Source: a virus. Taken from it: DNA of 64,000 nt. Each line of letters opens with the position of its first letter. Within the stretch, counting starts at the first letter, position 1. This document shows positions 58,137 through 64,000 of the stretch, piece after piece. The stretch covers positions 160,001-224,000 of IMG/VR virus record IMGVR_UViG_3300010224_000001; one strand, given 5' to 3'. The notes beneath the pieces were generated by a model that had not been told where the DNA came from, did no database searches, and worked only from the letters and a program-made list of their open reading frames with translations. A program made the position numbers and the translations under genes.

Positions 58137-58940
58137 TTATTTAATACAATTGCCTGACCCATCTGGTTGATCGCGTGTTTCTTTAAATAATTCATCCATT
58201 GGATCATCGAGCATTTGAGTTTCAATAACTCGATCTAAAAAACCTGTAGCTGGGTTAGATAGAATCTTTTTAACTACTACACCCTTTACTTCTGATCTTT
58301 CCCACGCTCTACCGTAAAGAAGATAGTGGTCGCCGTTATTTACAAGTTTGAACTTAACATTATTGCGATCATCAGGTGAGATTACTTGCCCCAACAAGGT
58401 CACCATTTCTAATGCCTCTTGCCGAAAATGACAGCCAGTCATATCGGTACTGATCTGTTTAATCTTTAGCATTAAATGCTTAAAGTTCATAGTTAGTTCG
58501 AACTTAAAACTTTCAAGACGCGGCTTATCTTGATTTCGAATGGCTAAGACAATTTCACTTTCTTCTTTACCATAAAGTAGATTGTTAACCCACTTGTTAT
58601 CCATCTTTTCAAGAATGTCATCCCAATCTTTGTAACCAAGAGCAGCAGCTACTCGATCGTAAACAAACTGGCGACCTACGGCCTTCTCACCCATGATCCG
58701 TGGGATATCCATGAATAGAGTCCAGATATCCTGTTTCAATTCACGAATAGAAAGCCCTGGTTTATTCGTTATATTGAGAATACGACGTTCAATCCAGTTA
58801 TGTGGCTCTGGTTCTGGTAGATAACCTTTTTGATTATTAGCAGATTCAAAAGCTTCCTTATGCTCTTTGAGATTTTCTGAACGCCGTTTTACTGTCAAAG
58901 TCTTACGCGGTTGTTGCGTAGGAAGAGACTTGATTTCCAT
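58137..58940 (-). CDS. Hypothetical protein
   Basis: AAGGAG RBS; VAAALGYKDW motif. Confidence 0.65.
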   Translation of the reverse strand: MEIKSLPTQQPRKTLTVKRRSENLKEHKEAFESANNQKGYLPEPEPHNWIERRILNITNKPGLSIRELKQDIWTLFMDIPRIMGEKAVGRQFVYDRVAAALGYKDWDDILEKMDNKWVNNLLYGKEESEIVLAIRNQDKPRLESFKFELTMNFKHLMLKIKQISTDMTGCHFRQEALEMVTLLGQVISPDDRNNVKFKLVNNGDHYLLYGRAWERSEVKGVVVKKILSNPATGFLDRVIETQMLDDPMDELFKETRDQPDGSGNCIK

Positions 58941-58995
58941 TTCATGATTCTCCTTTCGTTATTGATTATTAGTTTTTATCCAACTTGAACAGGTT

Positions 58996-59388
58996 TTAAG
59001 CTTTTGGCACTACTACTAATTCACCGTAACGTGGCGCGTTCATTATTTCGGCGATCTTATCGGTGTGTTCAGCCAAACAAACGGCCGGAATATGCAGATC
59101 AGTACCATCTTTCCTGTTCACTAAACCTAGAGAATTGACTATCAGGTCCTTCATTAGGAAAAAGATACCTTCCACATGGGTAGGTAATGCGAGATCGACT
59201 TTGAATGGCGCATCTCTATCATTACCAGGCTCAGCATTAACGACAATAGTTTCGATGCTCGCCAGACCATTTCCATCGTCTACCAAGGTAAAGTATTCTG
59301 TTTTTAAACCGACGATCTGTACGCCTATATGAACACTATTATGTTTTGCAATCTCGTCGATGAAGCTTTGACTAATGAACATTATCAT
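58996..59388 (-). CDS. Hypothetical protein
   Basis: ORF. Confidence 0.6.
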   Translation of the reverse strand: MIMFISQSFIDEIAKHNSVHIGVQIVGLKTEYFTLVDDGNGLASIETIVVNAEPGNDRDAPFKVDLALPTHVEGIFFLMKDLIVNSLGLVNRKDGTDLHIPAVCLAEHTDKIAEIMNAPRYGELVVVPKA

Positions 59389-59401
59389 TCCTTTTTTATG
59401 T

Positions 59402-59653
59402 TTAGAGAGGTTTTAGACCTTCTTCCTCAATGAACTTCACCAAACCGAAGAAGTCCCAGATCGGTTCTTTATCTTTAAAGATAATGACGAAACCATTAAC
59501 CGGACTGACATTACCCTTCGACAACTTCATCACTTTCTCACGACTCAAATAAGTCGTAGTCTTTATGCCGCAATGGACCAAGATAGCACGACATGCGGTG
59601 AGATTATCAGACGGAAAGTAATTTTCATCAGTAACAAATATTTCTGCTTTCAT
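59402..59653 (-). CDS. Small hypothetical protein (glutaredoxin-like size and pattern, no CxxC)
   Basis: ORF. Confidence 0.5.
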   Translation of the reverse strand: MKAEIFVTDENYFPSDNLTACRAILVHCGIKTTTYLSREKVMKLSKGNVSPVNGFVIIFKDKEPIWDFFGLVKFIEEEGLKPL

Positions 59654-60148
59654 TTATCCTCCGTAAATGTCTTTAGATCCAGCCAGCCATTGTTCAAATT
59701 CTTCTTTCTTTCCACTGCTTTTCACCCATTCAACTTGACGAGGCGTGATGTCGTTAGAAAGCACCATGGCATTGAATACTGCAAGGCGCTTCTTATCCGA
59801 CGAAAGAATCTGATCAAACTTTTCACTGTCTTCCACCTTGGTGAGTTGACCGTGAATCATCAAAGAGAATTCCTCGAAGAACTTGGTGTCCATGTAGTTG
59901 ATCGCAAATATTTCGCAGATCTTCTTAAGAGCAGTATAGACTTCAGTACCAGCTACCATGGCTTTTTCTAAAGCAGGGTTGTTCTTATTACCTAGCAACT
60001 TACTGATTACTTCCGGAGGAATGTTTTTAGGACCGCCGTATTTCCATTTGTAGAAAGCAAAGCGGATACTAAACCAAATGTTACTAATGTCTCGAGCTAG
60101 ATTACTAACATTCATCTGGAATGTATAAACAAGTTGCTTGATGATCAT
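59654..60148 (-). CDS. Hypothetical protein
   Basis: ORF. Confidence 0.6.
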   Translation of the reverse strand: MIIKQLVYTFQMNVSNLARDISNIWFSIRFAFYKWKYGGPKNIPPEVISKLLGNKNNPALEKAMVAGTEVYTALKKICEIFAINYMDTKFFEEFSLMIHGQLTKVEDSEKFDQILSSDKKRLAVFNAMVLSNDITPRQVEWVKSSGKKEEFEQWLAGSKDIYGG

Positions 60149-60164
60149 GATTAGACTTTCTTTA

Positions 60165-60638
60165 TTAGTGCCGCTTCACGCGTCCAAACTTTTGCAGTAG
60201 AACAAGTTCCAACTTCGTATTGAGAGCAGGGGATTTTGATTGTTTACGAAATTTATGGATCGTTTCCTTGCTTAGTTTAAAGCTAATCGGATGCGGGCGC
60301 GCCGGAATATAGATCGATGCAAAGATCTTCGATTCCGTCGGTAAGAAGTATGGTTTGACATACATACGCACACCCATGGACGTACAGTGGCTCCACCAGT
60401 CATCGAACATCTTGTAATTGATGATTTTAACGTCCATATACGGAATGAAATTTTCAAGCATCATCGAGTAGAGCGACTTGCCGGAATTATACAACGTATC
60501 TTCGACCTTGACCGATGAACGAGCACCAATATTAGCGGAGCGCATCAAACGTTCAACACTAATGTGATGTGGAACGCTATGATATTTTGCAGAGATAACT
60601 GCTCCGCTACATTCATGAAAAGCACTGGTATTATTCAT
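60165..60638 (-). CDS. Hypothetical protein
   Basis: Start reassigned to MNNTS. Confidence 0.6.
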   Translation of the reverse strand: MNNTSAFHECSGAVISAKYHSVPHHISVERLMRSANIGARSSVKVEDTLYNSGKSLYSMMLENFIPYMDVKIINYKMFDDWWSHCTSMGVRMYVKPYFLPTESKIFASIYIPARPHPISFKLSKETIHKFRKQSKSPALNTKLELVLLQKFGRVKRH

Positions 60639-61473
60639 CCTTATTCTCCTTGTCAATTGCAACGATAGGAACGGCACCATTAAAGATGACGTCAACTCGG
60701 TTGGTTACCTTATCGAAAACCGGCATGGCAAAGTCGCCTTGAAATTCATAGACGATGTTGCGACGTAGTTTCAGATCAGGATTAGTTCTTGCGTGGTGTT
60801 TCTCAGGCAGCTTTTCAATCTCAGCAAACGTGTACGGTGTTTCAACAACACGCCGCTGAATAAAAGTACCACGTTTAAAGAAGGCCGGATAGTGGTTCCA
60901 GTTGATGCCTTTTTCCATCAACATATCCAAACGCTCTTTACCGTTCTTACCCAACACTTGCTTATGGCTGTAGTATGCGGTCGCTGCCATGCTAATACTG
61001 TTCTTCGTAGCATCACGCTCACGCCACAGGAAGTTATTTGCTGCTTCTTCCAGATTTGGTAAATTGAATGCGCGGCAATCAAACGCAGGACGCTTATGTT
61101 TGTACTCAGGCAGACGCTCCGCGACAATCTCGTTAAAGATTACGGAAGCTTTAGCTGCAAGAGCTGTATTCATTTTCAGAATACGACCATCGAACCACAC
61201 TTGACTTTTGAGACTATCAGAATACCATGCCAGAGTAATTTCATCGCTTTGGGTATAAGCGCATACCGCATGCGTCTCTTCCAACAAACGTTTGGCGGTC
61301 TCAATCATGGCATACGACATAAGCGGATCATACGGTCGCTTCATGCCACGGGTGAACTTGCTGAAACCCATCCCATCCAAACGTGCCACGATCGGAAGCA
61401 GTGGCATAAAACGGCGATCAGATTCGACGTTTTCATACATCTTCATGCGATCGCCGAGTGCGTCTTTACTCAT
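60631..61473 (-). CDS. thg1: tRNA(His) guanylyltransferase Thg1-like 3'-5' polymerase
   Basis: LGDRMK.YE, RLDGMGFSKFT, YTQSDEITL, FDCR, WRERDATKNSI, FKRG. Confidence 0.9.
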   Translation of the reverse strand: MSKDALGDRMKMYENVESDRRFMPLLPIVARLDGMGFSKFTRGMKRPYDPLMSYAMIETAKRLLEETHAVCAYTQSDEITLAWYSDSLKSQVWFDGRILKMNTALAAKASVIFNEIVAERLPEYKHKRPAFDCRAFNLPNLEEAANNFLWRERDATKNSISMAATAYYSHKQVLGKNGKERLDMLMEKGINWNHYPAFFKRGTFIQRRVVETPYTFAEIEKLPEKHHARTNPDLKLRRNIVYEFQGDFAMPVFDKVTNRVDVIFNGAVPIVAIDKENKDE

Positions 61474-61478
61474 TATTG

Positions 61479-61649
61479 TTATTCCTTAGGTTTCTTAGTT
61501 TTGGTGTGAGTCAGAGTCATAGCTTGATAAAAGTTTTCACCATCTTTTATGATAGTGTCGTGTAACTTCCATCCAGCATTTAACTTTGCGTTAACCTTTT
61601 GTTCTAGATAACGTAGACTAGCTGCTTCAATTATTTTGAACGTAACCAT
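61479..61649 (-). CDS. Small DUF1737-like protein (56 aa, not in ORF track)
   Basis: MVTFKIIEAASLRYLEQKVNAKLNAGWKL...FYQAM. Confidence 0.55.
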   Translation of the reverse strand: MVTFKIIEAASLRYLEQKVNAKLNAGWKLHDTIIKDGENFYQAMTLTHTKTKKPKE

Positions 61650-61969
61650 TAGTTAACCAGATCCCGTTCTTTCTCAGCTTCGTAGAACTTCTTCAGTTGA
61701 TCATCATCAAGTGGTTCGAGCCAATCGTCGGCGCAAGTTGCATTGTTGCTTTCACGGAAGGTATGGCTTTGCATGTCAGGAGAAGTGATCTTCACTCGGA
61801 ACTGAGAGCCGTCGATTGCTTCTACATCCCACATGTCGCCCCAGACCACATGGTCGGGAGGATCAGCACGATCTCTTACCTTGACAATCTTACCGACAGA
61901 ACTCCCAGTGGGTCCTACCGACGAACCAATGATTCTGCAGATAACACCTGGTTCTACTTTCTTAGCCAT
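61649..61969 (-). CDS. Hypothetical protein
   Basis: MAKKVEPG...GKIVKV...D.WLEPL. Confidence 0.65.
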   Translation of the reverse strand: MAKKVEPGVICRIIGSSVGPTGSSVGKIVKVRDRADPPDHVVWGDMWDVEAIDGSQFRVKITSPDMQSHTFRESNNATCADDWLEPLDDDQLKKFYEAEKERDLVN

Positions 61970-62046
61970 AATGCTTTCCTTATTTTCTATTAGAAATGAC
62001 AACAACAGAGAGGACGTAGTGTCCTCTCCTTTATGACGTTTATTGA

Positions 62047-62886
62047 TTACACGAGCTGGTGTTCGTTACCCGGACGTTTGAATTCATCGTCGAAACGAAT
62101 ATCAGAAATCACATTCGGGAGAACTGCTTCGCCCATGAATGCGAAGTTCTTCTTAACTGCGTTGATGATTTCTTTCTTCATCACATCACGCGATACCCAG
62201 TTAGCCAGATCAATAGGGGTGTCGTGGTGCAGAGTAAAACGACTGTCGGAACGAGCCACAACAAAGCGACTCTTCTTACCGAACATGTAAAACTCGCCGG
62301 TCATACCCCAGGCCATCGGGTTAGTGTAGTAATGAAGATTGCAATTCTCTTCCTCGTCTGTGGAGGAGTAGAAGCTAAGGCTCTTACCGAGAACGATATT
62401 CAGATTAACATTGTCGGGAGTGCCCATCATGTTAAAGTTAGAGATACGTTCGTAACGATGGCGGCCGCCCATGCTGTAGATGGAATGGAGAATCTGACCG
62501 CACCATTCACCGATTGCACGGAAAGTTTCACGCTCAACATCTTCTTTGGTGAGACCTTGTGCATTATTAAAGGCACGCAGCTTACTACCGTGGATATTCG
62601 TGACTTGACGCTCGACATTGATCCCGAGTACATCCTTAGCGTATTTGCTGATCATTTCGTGCAGCTTTTCACCCATGACTGCCGTGACATTATCGTGGTT
62701 ATCCGTCAGAGGTTGCTTATTAGTGAAGGCGATGTAGAACTTGATGTCTTGACCGGTGTCTTTATTGTAATAATTGACATGGTGGTCCGGAAGGTCAGCC
62801 AAGCTTTCAGTCGTTTTAACTGTCGGTTCGGCGATCAGATGGAGGGTGATGTACGGGAGAACCAGAGTGTCGAGAATGGTTTGCAT
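62047..62886 (-). CDS. Hypothetical protein (paralog family E)
   Basis: LVLPYIT...ILHSI...IVLGKS. Confidence 0.7.
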   Translation of the reverse strand: MQTILDTLVLPYITLHLIAEPTVKTTESLADLPDHHVNYYNKDTGQDIKFYIAFTNKQPLTDNHDNVTAVMGEKLHEMISKYAKDVLGINVERQVTNIHGSKLRAFNNAQGLTKEDVERETFRAIGEWCGQILHSIYSMGGRHRYERISNFNMMGTPDNVNLNIVLGKSLSFYSSTDEEENCNLHYYTNPMAWGMTGEFYMFGKKSRFVVARSDSRFTLHHDTPIDLANWVSRDVMKKEIINAVKKNFAFMGEAVLPNVISDIRFDDEFKRPGNEHQLV

Positions 62887-62918
62887 GATGAATTTCCTTT
62901 TCTATTGATGTGATTGAA

Positions 62919-63221
62919 TTACAGGTTTTCGATTTTTGCTTTTATGTCTTTGATTTCTGAACGTAAATTAAATTGCTGTTTTGCCATCGCAGCGGCCGGA
63001 GTATCTTTGAGTTCAAGCACCGCGTTCGCGAGTTCGGTTAATGTAATGCCTAACACTCTCACTAGAGCATCCGCGGTGATAAAGTCAAGATTTAACTTAG
63101 CATTCTCAATGCGACTAACTGTATAACCTGGCAGATTAGCTGATAGCGACAAAGCCTGAGCTGTCAATTTACGTTTTTGGCGTAACTTGCGTAGCGCCAA
63201 ACCTACTACAACTGAGTCCAT
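62919..63221 (-). CDS. XRE-family HTH protein
   Basis: LRKLRQKRKLTAQALS...VSRIENAK. Confidence 0.8.
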   Translation of the reverse strand: MDSVVVGLALRKLRQKRKLTAQALSLSANLPGYTVSRIENAKLNLDFITADALVRVLGITLTELANAVLELKDTPAAAMAKQQFNLRSEIKDIKAKIENL

Positions 63222-63230
63222 GACCTAACC

Positions 63231-63905
63231 TTAGTTGTTCTTACTGAAATGCTTCAGATAAAGGTCAGCAGCCTTCATCCAATCGTTCCACTTCTTTTGA
63301 TGGCCTTCAGTCATTTTAATGCTGACATTCTCAGCACCGATTTTACGACTTATCAGCAGGTGAGACAACCAGTGGATCAAACGACCAGCCATCGATTGCT
63401 CGGGAATACCGAGTTCTTTTTGCAGCAGGTAGTTAAGATGGAAGACGTCAATATTCCACAACTCTTTTACCTTAGGCATTGGGATCGTGTCGTAATTCGG
63501 AAACTCACGAATCTTTGCCATGTCTCGCATATACCGCACGAGTTTATACGGCGTGTCCAACATGCGGATGTCACGATGTCCATTAATGTAAGCAAACACC
63601 GAACGATCAGGATCGTCAGACTCCAAATCACAGATACGAATTGGAGCGCGAGCACCCATCTGGTTAAGCATACGCGCATGAGCAATGCTGTACTCTACCG
63701 GCAGCACATTGTAGGCGATGTCAGACAAGACTTCCAGCAGGCTGAAGTTTTCCAGTTCGACGGCAGACACACGTGCCGTATCATTTTCAAACGAACTAGC
63801 ATACATCTGTTTACGAGATGCAGGCGCACAACCACCATACGCAAAAGGGTTTAAGCCATTTGTCACATTGAGTTCTGAATAATGCTGATTTGGTTCATGT
63901 TTCAT
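63231..63905 (-). CDS. Hypothetical protein with nvRNAP beta (gp71/73) N-terminus-like leader
   Basis: NQHYSEL...GLNPF...ASRKQMYAS. Confidence 0.65.
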   Translation of the reverse strand: MKHEPNQHYSELNVTNGLNPFAYGGCAPASRKQMYASSFENDTARVSAVELENFSLLEVLSDIAYNVLPVEYSIAHARMLNQMGARAPIRICDLESDDPDRSVFAYINGHRDIRMLDTPYKLVRYMRDMAKIREFPNYDTIPMPKVKELWNIDVFHLNYLLQKELGIPEQSMAGRLIHWLSHLLISRKIGAENVSIKMTEGHQKKWNDWMKAADLYLKHFSKNN

Positions 63906-64000
63906 TGTCTTCTCCTTTATTAGCCATCATCTTTCTCGCGCACCAAGGCTTGAAAGTATTCTTGATTAAGTCGAGGGAAACCAGCGCGGTCATTATCCAC

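Noticed and set aside
1-64000. CRISPR array or tRNA genes
   Set aside because: No regularly spaced direct repeats or cloverleaf sequences were found by eye; intergenic gaps are mostly short

Overview
This is a 64 kb segment of a phiKZ-related (Chimalliviridae-like, probably nucleus-forming) jumbo phage genome. The left end holds core genes: a partial major capsid protein, a divergent DnaB-like helicase, an SF2 helicase, an SMI1/KNR4 protein and propeptide-bearing head proteins. The remaining ~55 kb is a densely packed, almost entirely minus-strand accessory region. It is driven by phiKZ-type early promoters (TATATTAC-like) and punctuated by hairpin+TTATG terminators. It encodes several paralog families, tRNA/RNA repair enzymes (RtcB, CCA-HD, Thg1), two orphan HicB domains, a Dcd with insertions and a host-like VHL-S8-DUF4214 protease, which hints at a Burkholderiales/Oxalobacteraceae host. 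Top candidates for novelty: (1) an apparently domesticated, RuvC-intact TnpB under a phage early promoter, with a compact omegaRNA that seems to lack the transposon end hairpin; (2) a displaced, divergent PicA/Imp1 (gp69)-like nuclear import protein; (3) a ~270-nt structured ncRNA; (4) degenerate copies or fragments of core genes (dead gp175-like protease, nvRNAP beta N-terminal peptide fusion); (5) a four-member family with a conserved SAK/E-D/ELF C-terminal tail. All family assignments come from motif recognition by eye, not database searches.
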